64,000 bases of DNA from an uncultured Acidobacteriota bacterium (GTDB taxonomy: Bacteria; Acidobacteriota; Vicinamibacteria; Vicinamibacterales; UBA2999), in the NCBI GenBank assembly GCA_963807105.1, contig CAWEAM010000006.1, forward strand, positions 90,292 to 154,291, written 5' to 3'. Position numbers and translations under genes: made by a program. Under the pieces are notes generated by a model that saw only the letters and a list, made by a program, of their open reading frames with translations, had not been told where the DNA came from and did no database searches. Shown one piece after another: positions 18,178-27,666 of this stretch. Each line of letters begins with the position of its first letter. Position 1 is the first letter of the stretch.

Positions 18178-19629
18178 TCACGTCTCCAGTTTCACGTTGT
18201 CGTCGAAGAAGATGCGGAGGTTGGCCACCGGCGTCGGCGGCGTCATCCGGCTGACCAGGACGAACACGGTCGCGCTCAAGGCCACTCCGACCTCGACGGC
18301 GTCGATTCCGTGCGAGGCGAAGCTGCGCTGGAAGGTGAGCGTCCACAACAGGCATCCGAAAAAGCCGGCGACCATGCTCCAGATGGCACCTTCGCGGGTG
18401 CCGCGGCGCCAGTTGAGGCCGAGCACCACGGGCACGAAGAAGAAGCTGGCGATGAACTTCGCCTGCTCGACCACGATCGCCTGGACATCGCCGATCTTCT
18501 GCGTGGCGAACCAGAAGGGCACGACGCCGAGCACGACGATCGACAGGCGATTGACCCGGACCACCTGGCGCTCGCTTGCATCCGGGTTGATCAGGCGTCG
18601 GTAGAGGTCGTGCGCAAACGCCCCGCCGGTCACGAGCAGGATCGAATTCACCGTGGACATGATCGCCGAGAGCATCGCCACCAGGAACAGTGAGCCGAGG
18701 AGCGGCGACATCACCGTCGACGCCAGGATGCTCGACGCCTGATCGGGCGAGGGCAGATAGGGGAAGATGCCGCGCATGCCGATGCCGAGGATCATCACGC
18801 TGGCGCCGATGAGCACCTGCGCCATCATCGAGATGCCGATCGCGTAGCGCACGGTCGTGACGTCGCGCATCGAGTAGTAACGCGTCATCTCGTACGGCGC
18901 GGCGGCAATCGAGAACCCGAACGCCATGGCAAAGGCAAGCAGCTCGCGCCAGCTGAACCACCATCCGGTGACCCGCGGCTCGATCGAGCCGACGTACTCA
19001 CCCAGCGCCTGCACGCCGCCCACGTGCGAGAGGACGACAGGAACGGCGAAGACCAGGGCGAGGACCATGATCAGCGTCTGCACGAACTCGATGTACGAGC
19101 TCGAGCGCACGCCGCCGAGCGCCGTATAGAAGCCGGTGCTGGCCAGCAGCGCGGTCATCGCCACCATCGGATCGAAGGCGAAAACGGCCGACGTGATCTC
19201 GCCGATTGCCTGGAACTGCGCGGTCAGCAGAATCGTGTAGGTCACGATGATCAGCCCCGCGGCCAGCGTGCGCGCCCCTTCGCTGGCGAAGCGCTTGCCG
19301 ACGTAGTCGGCGACCGTGAGCGCGCCGAAGCGGCGCAGCTTGGGCGCAACGAAAATCGCCGAGATCGTCCACCCCGCCCAGACGCCGAACCAGATCCAGG
19401 TCCAGCTGACGCCAGTGAGATAGTGACGGCCGAGCGTGCCCACGTAGGTCCCGGCGCTGATCTGAGTGGCCGCGAGCACCGCGCCGCCAACCCACGGCCC
19501 GATCGATCGCCCCGCGGCGAGAAAGTCCTCTTCAGTTTCGGTACAAAAGTAGCCCCAGATCGACACGCCAAGCACGATCGCCAGATAGACGACGGTCACG
19601 ACCAGGAGCACGGGCGAGTCGGCGGTCAT
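18178..19629 (-). CDS. Sodium:solute symporter (SSS) family transporter
   Basis: EDFLAAGRSIG, YTALGGVRS, LSAIMSTVNS; about 13 TM. Start ATG 19629 overlaps the upstream small ORF stop. Confidence 0.93.
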   Translation of the reverse strand: MTADSPVLLVVTVVYLAIVLGVSIWGYFCTETEEDFLAAGRSIGPWVGGAVLAATQISAGTYVGTLGRHYLTGVSWTWIWFGVWAGWTISAIFVAPKLRRFGALTVADYVGKRFASEGARTLAAGLIIVTYTILLTAQFQAIGEITSAVFAFDPMVAMTALLASTGFYTALGGVRSSSYIEFVQTLIMVLALVFAVPVVLSHVGGVQALGEYVGSIEPRVTGWWFSWRELLAFAMAFGFSIAAAPYEMTRYYSMRDVTTVRYAIGISMMAQVLIGASVMILGIGMRGIFPYLPSPDQASSILASTVMSPLLGSLFLVAMLSAIMSTVNSILLVTGGAFAHDLYRRLINPDASERQVVRVNRLSIVVLGVVPFWFATQKIGDVQAIVVEQAKFIASFFFVPVVLGLNWRRGTREGAIWSMVAGFFGCLLWTLTFQRSFASHGIDAVEVGVALSATVFVLVSRMTPPTPVANLRIFFDDNVKLET

Positions 19630-19742
19630 CCGCGGCCTCGCGCGCGATCGCGCCGCGCCGCGCGGTAGGCCCAGGCGAAGTAGAGGAGAAGCCACACCGC
19701 CGCCGCGGCGAAAAAGCCGTAGAAGCTCCAGCCAAATCGCAT
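19626..19742 (-). CDS. 38-aa single-TM protein, putative small accessory subunit of the SSS transporter
   Basis: Manual translation MRFGWSFYGFFAAAAVWLLLYFAWAYRAARRDRARGRG. Starts just after the upstream stop and its TGA overlaps the symporter ATG. Confidence 0.75.
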   Translation of the reverse strand: MRFGWSFYGFFAAAAVWLLLYFAWAYRAARRDRARGRG

Positions 19743-19746
19743 GGCG

Positions 19747-20490
19747 CTATCGTCTCCGCCGCCAGATCCAGATGCCGCTCGCAGCAGCGAAGACGGTTAC
19801 CGTCAGGGCATCCATGACGGTCGATACATCCCAACCGGTGGAGTCGCCGGCCGCTGCGTATGGCACGCGGACGAACGCAGGGATGTGCCCCAGCGTGGCT
19901 TCGCCAACGGTTCCGTTCCAAGTGAACGCCGGCATGGTGCTGCGAGCCGACGTGCCTGGCGGCAATTCGACCCGAATACGCACGGCGCGCGACACGCCAT
20001 CGGCGGGCGCCGCCGGCAGCCACAGCGGACATTTGTCTTCGGCGGCGAAACGCTGCACCGAGTAGCGGAGCTCGTACTCGCTGGATCCGGTCTGCAACAG
20101 AAGCGAACGCGTCCGGCCAATCGCTTCGGCTGCACGCACCTGCTGGGCGCCTCGAATTTCGGAGACGTCGACGTGCATTCCGTCCACTACTTCGATCCGA
20201 TGATCGACGGGGCTGCCGCCCTCCACGACCAGGGCCATTGCCACGTCGCAGGCGTTGAGCGCGCTGAGCACGACCCGAATGTTTGCCGATCGGAGGAGCG
20301 GCGCCGCGTTCGCACGCTCGGCAGCGACGGGCACGCCGACGCCGGTGAGTGCGCACACAAGCGCCAGGACTACACGGCTGTTCGTCTCCAAGTCGGCACT
20401 CCATGCGCGCAAAGCGCTCCTGCGGGTGTCAGCCGGCGGAAGTGTGCGCGGACTGTAACAGCGTCGCGAAAGCACGCGCAAGTGGCTCAA
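19747..20490 (-). CDS. Hypothetical exported protein with C-terminal membrane anchor
   Basis: Signal-like VVLALVCALTGVGVPVAA and C-terminal hydrophobic helix plus WRRRR. True start probably near 20370-20400. First gene of the operon. Confidence 0.65.
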   Translation of the reverse strand: MSHLRVLSRRCYSPRTLPPADTRRSALRAWSADLETNSRVVLALVCALTGVGVPVAAERANAAPLLRSANIRVVLSALNACDVAMALVVEGGSPVDHRIEVVDGMHVDVSEIRGAQQVRAAEAIGRTRSLLLQTGSSEYELRYSVQRFAAEDKCPLWLPAAPADGVSRAVRIRVELPPGTSARSTMPAFTWNGTVGEATLGHIPAFVRVPYAAAGDSTGWDVSTVMDALTVTVFAAASGIWIWRRRR

Positions 20491-20915
20491 CGCCCTGCAT
20501 CAAACGCGTGCGCGAAGCTCTAGGCGAACTCGCGCCCCGCGTTTTTCATCGAACGCCGCCAGGACGAGCGGCGGTAACCAACGACGCGCGGCGACTATCT
20601 CTACGCGACGCTCCAGGCATCAGCAGCAACCCAACAGCAAGCTGGCCGGGCTGTTCACCAGTTCAGCCGTTGAATGTGCACCACTTACGATGAGAGGCGA
20701 TATGCTGACCCCTTCCCCTTCAGGCGCTCTCGCTGACCGCCGCGACATCACGGTCCACCAGGGAGGAACGGGCGGTGGTCTCGCCGACATGCTCGCTCGC
20801 TCGTCGATCAGAACCGTGACGGATCGGTCGTCGACGACATCGGCGGCATTCTCGGCCGCGCTCTGGGCCGATCCTGATTTCCCAACCGCGCGGCGCAGCC
20901 GCGCAAGGAGGCAGC

Positions 20916-21119
20916 ATGTCTGTTGCGAAGGTCTCTGAAATCAGCGCGACCTCCACTAAGAGCTTCGAGGACGCGATCCAGCAAGGCCTCACCAGGGCGG
21001 GCAAGACGCTGCGCAACATCCGCGGCGCGTGGATCAAGGAGCAGCAGGTGCGCTGGGACGGAGGCCGCATTACCGAGTACCAGGTGAACCTGATGGTCAC
21101 CTTCGTGCTCGACGATTAG
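20916..21119 (+). CDS. Dodecin family flavin-binding protein
   Basis: MSVAKVSEISATSTKSFEDAIQQGL...EYQVNLMVTFVLDD; AAGGAGG RBS. Confidence 0.92.
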   Translation: MSVAKVSEISATSTKSFEDAIQQGLTRAGKTLRNIRGAWIKEQQVRWDGGRITEYQVNLMVTFVLDD

Positions 21120-21148
21120 AGTTCGGTATCGACTGTTGGAGGTGTGAC

Positions 21149-21526
21149 GTGGGTTTGAGAGACATGTACGCATACGCAATCCAGACCGCGAAGGGCAAGT
21201 TCCAGGGCAACGCCGAGGAGCGCGACGGCAAGCTGTATTGGAAGGGCACCGTCGCCACCGAAGCAGAGAGGAACGAGATCTGGACCGCGATCAAGACCAT
21301 TCCGACCTGGCAGAAGGACATCGTCGCTGACATTCAAGTAACCGGACCGCCCCCCGGCGCCGCACCGATGCGGACGTATACGGTCAAGGCCGGCGACACC
21401 CTGGGCGCGATTGCCAAGGAGCACCTGGGGAACGCCGGCGCCTACATGAAGATCTTCGAGCTGAACAAAGATCAGTTGAGCGATCCGGACAAGATCAAAC
21501 CTGGACAGGTGCTCAAGATTCCGTAA
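21149..21526 (+). CDS. LysM domain protein (BON-like plus LysM, Kbp/YgaU-like)
   Basis: C-terminal YTVKAGDTLGAIAK...IFELNKDQLSDPDKIKPGQVLKIP; GGAGG RBS before GTG 21149. Confidence 0.9.
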   Translation: MGLRDMYAYAIQTAKGKFQGNAEERDGKLYWKGTVATEAERNEIWTAIKTIPTWQKDIVADIQVTGPPPGAAPMRTYTVKAGDTLGAIAKEHLGNAGAYMKIFELNKDQLSDPDKIKPGQVLKIP

Positions 21527-21645
21527 ACAGCACCAGCCGCTCGGGCCCTCGACGATGCGCATCGGATCGTCGAGGGCGCGGCATTCTCGACGGCGCGTGC
21601 GTAGCGATCGACGCGGATCGCGCGTGCAGGCGCCACGAGCGGCAT

Positions 21646-22305
21646 TCAGCTGCTGCCGGTCGCCGAGTTTGGTGCGTGTACCGGCTTCGATTCCGGCGAC
21701 CCCCACTGCCGCAACCAGATCGACAGCACCACGATCGCCAGCACCGCCAGGAACTCGCTCTGCCAGTTCTGAAACGACTCGTACCAGAAGTGCGGCCGCT
21801 GTAGATACTCGATCGTCGTGACCTCCTCGGCGATGCCGTGCGCGCGCTGCTCCTCAGTGAACTTGCGGGCGCCGCTCGCGGCGTGCCCCCAGAACGAGAT
21901 CGCGAAGAGCAGCAGGAACGCCAGGCTCAGCGAGTTCCTATAGAGGCGCAACCGCCATCCGCCCGCTTTGACCGGACCGGGAGCGTCCTTGTCGTTCCGG
22001 TGGACCCACGGATCCTGCTCGACTTCGTCGCTGCCGTCGCACTTCTTCGATTCCGACGAGCCTTTTTGATAGAGGAACACCGTGAGCAGAACGTAGAAGC
22101 CCATCTGCAGAAACTCGCTTTCCCAGTTCTCGAAGATGGTCTCGCCGAACTCGCTCGACGTGAGAAACGCTTCGATGGAGACCTCGGGCTGGCCGTGTTG
22201 ACGCTGCTGGTCGTTATAGGTGAGCCACCCCGAATAGGCGTGCCCGACGACGCAAAGCACAAACAGGATCCCCAGCACGATCGACAGGTTGTTGTCGCGC
22301 CACAC
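21646..22305 (-). CDS. DUF6766-like membrane protein (internally duplicated)
   Basis: Repeated FENWESEFLQ / FQNWQSEFLA and GSSESK / GSPESK motifs. Confidence 0.8.
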   Translation of the reverse strand: MWRDNNLSIVLGILFVLCVVGHAYSGWLTYNDQQRQHGQPEVSIEAFLTSSEFGETIFENWESEFLQMGFYVLLTVFLYQKGSSESKKCDGSDEVEQDPWVHRNDKDAPGPVKAGGWRLRLYRNSLSLAFLLLFAISFWGHAASGARKFTEEQRAHGIAEEVTTIEYLQRPHFWYESFQNWQSEFLAVLAIVVLSIWLRQWGSPESKPVHAPNSATGSS

Positions 22306-22334
22306 ACGGCTCTCCTCTCGAGATTCTCGAGCTA

Positions 22335-22350
22335 TGCAATGGCTGAACCA
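22335..22350 (-). promoter_or_regulatory. Candidate sigma-54 (-24/-12) promoter for the DUF6766 gene
   Basis: Minus strand TGGTTCAGCCATTGCA has GG-N10-GC spacing with TTGCA, about 30 nt upstream of the start codon. Confidence 0.45.
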
Positions 22351-22431
22351 GTCGACCTTGCTGGGGTGCCTCCACTAGCCATTCAAGCCGGACCGTTCAC
22401 GCGCGCCGTCATCGAATCGGGCACACGTGCA

Positions 22432-22932
22432 TCAGGGCAAGCAGACCTCGCCTGAAACCGTCGTCTCGATGCGGCCGTTGCGGTTGAATCCGTTCACGAA
22501 GAAATATCCCGTCGCTCCGGCCAGCGCGCCGGTCCCCTGAACGATCTTCTGGAATGCGGTGATTGCGCCGCTGTCCAGGTTGCCCTGCGTGGAGTTGGAC
22601 AGCCCTGTTTCGCGCATGATCAGCATGCCCGTGTCGAAGGTGTATTCGAACGGTCCGCTGTAAGGCAGGAAGTCGGGCGATGTCGTCGGGCGTGATCCGG
22701 TACCGTCGGCTCTGAAGTAGGTAGTGCCGCGGACGCCGTGATTGCCGAGAACCTCACCGACGAAGCAGAAGGTGTGTTCCGGCTTGCAGCCAACGGTGAC
22801 ACGCTGTTCGACCATGACCGCGTGAACCGCCTTGCAGTTGGCATTGACCGATTCCTGAGCGATCGCGGTGTCAGCCATGGCGACAACGAGGAGCGAAGCG
22901 ATTCCGACGTTCGAGCAGACAATGTGTTTCAT
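22432..22932 (-). CDS. Secreted hypothetical protein (dirigent/allene-oxide-cyclase-like barrel possible)
   Basis: AGGAGA RBS, signal peptide, C-terminal IVQGTGALAGATG motif. Confidence 0.7.
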   Translation of the reverse strand: MKHIVCSNVGIASLLVVAMADTAIAQESVNANCKAVHAVMVEQRVTVGCKPEHTFCFVGEVLGNHGVRGTTYFRADGTGSRPTTSPDFLPYSGPFEYTFDTGMLIMRETGLSNSTQGNLDSGAITAFQKIVQGTGALAGATGYFFVNGFNRNGRIETTVSGEVCLP

Positions 22933-23032
22933 GGGTGATCTCCTGTGGGGTCGAGAGCCGATTCTAGGAATCGGGCGCGCCGCCGCAGGATCCACTTCCT
23001 GCCCGGTGCCTGGGACCACTTGCGGAGGGTGA

Positions 23033-24517
23033 ATGGTGGTGCGCCTCGAAGGGCAGGGCCGGCTCAACCAGCGGCTGTTCCGCGGACTGCGGCGCGCAAT
23101 TCTGGATGGCCGGTTCGAACCGGGATCGCGCCTGCCGTCCACGCGGGCGCTCGCCGACGACCTCAACCTCTCGCGCAACGTCGTGCTGCTCGCGTTCTCT
23201 CAGCTCGTGGCGGAAGGCTACGCCGAGGGACGCGGCGGATCGGGCACGTTCGTCTCGAGCACGCTGCCGGATCCGCAGCCGAAGCCGCGCGTAGTCCGTG
23301 CGACATCGGCCCCCTCGGCAAGCCCGCCGCGCTTGTCGTCGCACGCGCGCCGCGTCGTCGCGCTCGCGCCGCTGCCGGCCGTAGGCCGCCCGGTGCGTCC
23401 AGGCCTCCTCTACGACTTTCGCTACGGCGTGCCGGCAGTCGCGGAGTTTCCGCAGCAGGCGTGGGCCCGCCTCGTTCAGCGACGCACGCGCGCGATGTCG
23501 GTGAGCACGCTGCGTTACGGACGTGCGCTCGGATGGCTGCCGCTGCGTCAGGCGATCGCGGACTACGTCACGCGCACGCGCGGCGTCGCCGCGACCTTCG
23601 AGCAGGTGGTCATCGTCAACGGATCGCAGCAGGCGCTCGACCTCGTGGCCCGCCTGTTGATCGATCCGGGCGATCGGGTGGTCATCGAAGAGCCGTCGTA
23701 CGTGTCGGCACGTCAGGTGTTTCTCGCGGCAGGCGCCGACCTGCTTTCGGTGCCGGTTGACGCCGACGGCCTCGATGCATCGAAACTGCCGCGGCGCGCC
23801 CCTGTTCGCGCGGCTTACGTCACTCCGTCGCACCAGTTTCCGCTTGGCGGCGTGCTGCCGCTCGAACGCCGCCTTGCGCTGCTCGATTGGGCGAACCAGA
23901 CCGGCGCGATTGTCGTCGAGGACGACTACGACAGCGAGTTCTGGTACGGCAGCCATCCGGTGGCGGCGATTCAGGGTCTCGACTCCACGGGACGCGTGAT
24001 CTACGTCGGCACGTTCTCGAAGGTGCTGTTTCCTTCGCTGCGTCTCGGCTATCTGATCGTGCCGCCCTCGCTCGTCGCGCCGCTGGCCGCGCTCAAGTTC
24101 CTGGTCGATCGCCACGCGCCGGTGTTCGAACAGGAAGTGCTGTGCGATTTCATTACCGGCGGCCACTTCGACCGCCACGTGCGGCGCGCGCGCGCGCGAA
24201 ACGCGGCGCGGCGCGCGGCCATGCTCGACGCCTTCGCCGAGACGTTCGGCGATCGTGCCGAGATCGACGGTGCCAACGCCGGCATTCACATGGTGGTCTG
24301 GCTGCGCGACGTGGCGGCCGCGTGTCTGGAGGATCTGATTGCGCGCGCCGCGGATCGCGACGTCGGACTCTACTCGGTGGCGCCGTACTATGCCGAGCCG
24401 CCCGAGACCGCCGGCCTGCTCCTGGGCTACGCCGGACTCACGGAGCAGGAGATCCGCGACGGCATCCGGCTGCTCGGCACGGTGATCGGCCGGCGGCGCG
24501 GCCGGCGCCGGCCTTGA
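23033..24517 (+). CDS. MocR/GabR-family regulator (GntR HTH plus PLP aminotransferase domain)
   Basis: RLPSTRALADDLNLSRN, YVTPSHQFPLG, EDDYDSEF, GTFSKVLFPSLRLGY. Confidence 0.95.
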   Translation: MVVRLEGQGRLNQRLFRGLRRAILDGRFEPGSRLPSTRALADDLNLSRNVVLLAFSQLVAEGYAEGRGGSGTFVSSTLPDPQPKPRVVRATSAPSASPPRLSSHARRVVALAPLPAVGRPVRPGLLYDFRYGVPAVAEFPQQAWARLVQRRTRAMSVSTLRYGRALGWLPLRQAIADYVTRTRGVAATFEQVVIVNGSQQALDLVARLLIDPGDRVVIEEPSYVSARQVFLAAGADLLSVPVDADGLDASKLPRRAPVRAAYVTPSHQFPLGGVLPLERRLALLDWANQTGAIVVEDDYDSEFWYGSHPVAAIQGLDSTGRVIYVGTFSKVLFPSLRLGYLIVPPSLVAPLAALKFLVDRHAPVFEQEVLCDFITGGHFDRHVRRARARNAARRAAMLDAFAETFGDRAEIDGANAGIHMVVWLRDVAAACLEDLIARAADRDVGLYSVAPYYAEPPETAGLLLGYAGLTEQEIRDGIRLLGTVIGRRRGRRRP

Positions 24518-24574
24518 CGCACCGATCGGGGCCTTTGGCGCGTCAATGCTTTTGCACTCTGGGATTAGAATGGC

Positions 24575-24699
24575 CGGTGGCCGCGCAGGGAGCCATCGGT
24601 CCGCGAAGAGGGTCGAACCCGCCTGCTGTCACACCAATCGTCAGCCTTCTTCCTGCTCGAGCACGCGGACACCGAGCGCAGAGGAAGGAAGGTGTCTCG
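24575..24699 (+). promoter_or_regulatory. Putative structured 5' leader RNA upstream of the ankyrin gene
   Basis: GTCCGCG (24599-24605) pairs with CGCGGAC (24664-24670); inner GGGT-CGA-ACCC hairpin; CCTTCTTCCT is complementary to the SD region GAGGAAGGAAGG. Confidence 0.5.
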
Positions 24700-25863
24700 A
24701 TGTCGGCTTCGCTCCCCAAACGCCCAAGCCTCGAGTGGCTTCGTAAAGCCGCCAAAGATCGCCTGTTGCAGCTGCGCGCGACGACGCCGGGCGCGAAGCT
24801 GGCGGACGCGCAACTCGCTGTCGCTCGCGAGCACGGCTTTTCGAGCTGGCGCCGGCTCAAGGCGCATGTCGAGCAACAGGCCGCTCACCACGATCACACC
24901 GACGACCACTCCGCCGCGCGATTTCTCGAATGTGTGGGCACCGGCCGCATCGACGCGGTGCGCGAGATGCTTCGCTCGAGCCTTGCGCTCGTCAACGCCG
25001 TCGGCCCGCATCCGTTCTGGGGCGGCTTCCCGCAGCCGCTGCACGTCTCCATTGAGGCCAGGCGCCGCGACATGTTCGATCTGTTGCTCGAGCAGGGGGC
25101 CGACGTCAACGGCGTCAACGATCGCTACGATCACTGGTCGCCGCTGATGCTGGCAGTCCATCGCGATCAGCACGAAATGGTGGCCGTGCTCCTCCGCCGT
25201 GGCGCGCGAGTCGGCCTGTGCGAAGCGCTGATGCTGCGGGACGACGCGCGCGTAGAGGCGCTCCTGCGCCCAGGCGCCTTGCCCGAGACCGTTCCCAATG
25301 GCGGATCGATCCTGGCGTTCGCACGCACGCCTTTCGCGATCGATCGGTTGGTCGCGCTGGGAGCGCCGACCGACCGGAAGGACCGCTGGGGATCGACGCC
25401 CATCGATGCGATGAGCCGCCTCGGACCGCGCGGCGTCGCGCTCGTCCGTCATCTGATCGGGCACGGCGTCGCGGCGTCGCCGGCGGACTACGCGCGGCTC
25501 GACGATCGCGATGCCCTCGCACGGCTGTTCGAGCGCGATCCCGCGTTGGTGCGGACCGGCTCTGTGATCATCGCGGCGGCGGACGCCGGCCATCACCAGC
25601 TCGTCGAGTGGCTCCTGCAGCGCGGCGCCAACGTCAACGCCCGCGCCGACGCCGACTCGGGCCACACCGCGCTTCATGCCGCCGCCTGGAATGGCGATCT
25701 CGACATGGTGCGCCTGCTCGTCTCGGCCGGCGCCGATCTCGCCGCGCGCGACGCGCGCTACGACGCGACGCCGCTCGGCTGGGCGGAAACGTCGATCGAG
25801 GTGTCGAACAACCCGAAGTGCGCCAATGTCGTCGCGTATCTCGCGGCGCCGAGCGACCGATAA
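24700..25863 (+). CDS. Ankyrin repeat protein with N-terminal LPxRPSLE...AREHGFxSW domain
   Basis: LLEQGADVN, SPLMLAV, GHTALHAAAWNGDLDMVRLLVSAGADL, ATPLGWA. Strong RBS. Confidence 0.9.
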   Translation: MSASLPKRPSLEWLRKAAKDRLLQLRATTPGAKLADAQLAVAREHGFSSWRRLKAHVEQQAAHHDHTDDHSAARFLECVGTGRIDAVREMLRSSLALVNAVGPHPFWGGFPQPLHVSIEARRRDMFDLLLEQGADVNGVNDRYDHWSPLMLAVHRDQHEMVAVLLRRGARVGLCEALMLRDDARVEALLRPGALPETVPNGGSILAFARTPFAIDRLVALGAPTDRKDRWGSTPIDAMSRLGPRGVALVRHLIGHGVAASPADYARLDDRDALARLFERDPALVRTGSVIIAAADAGHHQLVEWLLQRGANVNARADADSGHTALHAAAWNGDLDMVRLLVSAGADLAARDARYDATPLGWAETSIEVSNNPKCANVVAYLAAPSDR

Positions 25864-25935
25864 TCGCGCACCTGCGCAGATCGTCGGTGTACCATCGCGC
25901 AGCGCGGGTCGGCGCCACTTGTACAATGCCTCCAC

Positions 25936-27666
25936 ATGACCGCGCGCCTCATCGTAGTGCTCGCCCTCGTGAGCATCGGCTGTCGAGGAGCGGAGCCGCG
26001 GGAAGCGCCTCCGCAGGTATCCGCGCCCGCGACACCGGTGCCAGAGGCGCGGCCGCCGTTGCCGGACTTGGATCCGGACGTGTCGGCGGCGGTGGATCAG
26101 GTGCTGTCTTCCGCCGTGCACCCTGGCCTGACCTGGGGAAAAATTCCAGAAGTCATCGCGGACGTGAAGCCGCTCTACGACGTCGAGCCCGATCGGTTGT
26201 TCTGGTTCGACGGAAAAACCGCGGTTCCCAAGCTCGAGCCGGCGCTCGCCACGCTGGCAGCCGCCGGCGTACACGGTCTCGATCCCGAGGACTACGATGC
26301 CGCGCTCCTCACCGAGCAGTGGAGGTCCCTCAAGGCCGGCACTGCCCCCGCCGCCGATCGCGCCCTGTTCGACCTGGGTATGAGCATCGCGATCGCGCGG
26401 ATGCTCAAAGCGGTGCACATGGGCCGCGTCGATCCGGCGACGATGTACTGGGGCTACGACAATTCAGGCAAACGCGTTCCGGTCAGTTCGCTGATCCAGT
26501 CGTCGCGCGACGGGTCGGGGCTGGAGGCGACGCTCGACGCCATCTCTCCGGCGGTGACGCATTACGCGCGCGCTCGCCGCATGCTAGCCGTCTACAAGGA
26601 ACGGGCGCGTGCGGGCGAACCGGAGATCGTCCCGGCGCCTGCCGCGCGGACAAACGAAGGTCGAGCCGGGCCGGAGCTGGCCCGGCCTGGCGCCGGTGGC
26701 CGCGCGTCTGCGCGCCTTCGGCGATCTCGACGGCGAAGCCGTCGAGACGGCACGTACCTACCGGCGCTCGTCGCCGCCGTCAAGCGCTTCCAGGGGCGTC
26801 ATGGCCTCGTCAACGACGGCGTGATCGGTGCGGGCACGATCGAGCGCTCAACGTCTCGCTGGCCGACCGCGTCCGCCAGATCGAGCTGGCGATGGAGCGC
26901 ATGCGCTGGCTGCCGACGCTGAGCGATCGAGCCGAACGTATTCATCAACGTCGCGCTGTTCCGCCTCTGGGCCACCGATCCGGCGACCGGCGCGAGCCGC
27001 TGCGCATGAACGTCGTCGTCGGCAAGTCGCTCAATCACCAGACGCCGCATCTTCGTCGAGCAGATGGAGTACGTCATCTTCCGGCCGTACTGGAATCCGC
27101 CACGCGCGATCACGCTGAAAGAGATCGTTCCCAAGGCGCGCCGCGATCCGGGCATACCTGACCAAGGAGGACATGGAGATCGTCGCCAGCGGCGCCGAAA
27201 ACGCGCCGGCCATGGCAGCGACACCGGAGAATCTGGCGCAGGTGGTCTGCCGGCCGCCTGTTCGTCCGCCAGAAACCGGGCCCACGCAACGCGCTCGGTC
27301 TCGCCAAGTTCATCTTTCCGAACGACGACGACGTCTACATGCACGGCACGCCGGCGCAGCAGTTGTTCTCGCGCGTGCGGCGCGATTTCAGCCACGGCTG
27401 CATCCGTCTGGAGGATCCAGCGCGGTTCGCCAATGGGTGCTGCGCGACCAGCCGGAGTGGACGCCCGAGCAGCATCGATGCGGCGATGAAAGGCGACCGG
27501 CCGACCCGCGTGAATCTGAAGTCAGCCGCTCACCGTAGTGCTGTTCTACGACACGGTGCACGTCAATTCCGAGGGCGTGCTGTTTTTCGTCGAGGACATC
27601 TACGGCCACGACCGCGCGCTCGACGCTGCGCTGGAGCGCGGCTATCCGTATCCGTTCAAGGGCTGA
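25936..27666 (+). CDS. L,D-transpeptidase (YcbB/LdtD-like) lipoprotein with PG-binding domain, several frameshifts
   Basis: HGLDPEDY, VKRFQGRHGL, MERMRW, MNVVVGK, PYWNPP, NALGLAKFIFPN, YMHGTP, FSHGCIRL and EDIYGHD spread over several frames. Confidence 0.88.

Noticed and set aside
23887-24699. N-terminal extension of the ankyrin ORF (658 aa)
   Set aside because: It overlaps the MocR gene out of frame, and a strong RBS sits directly before ATG 24700.
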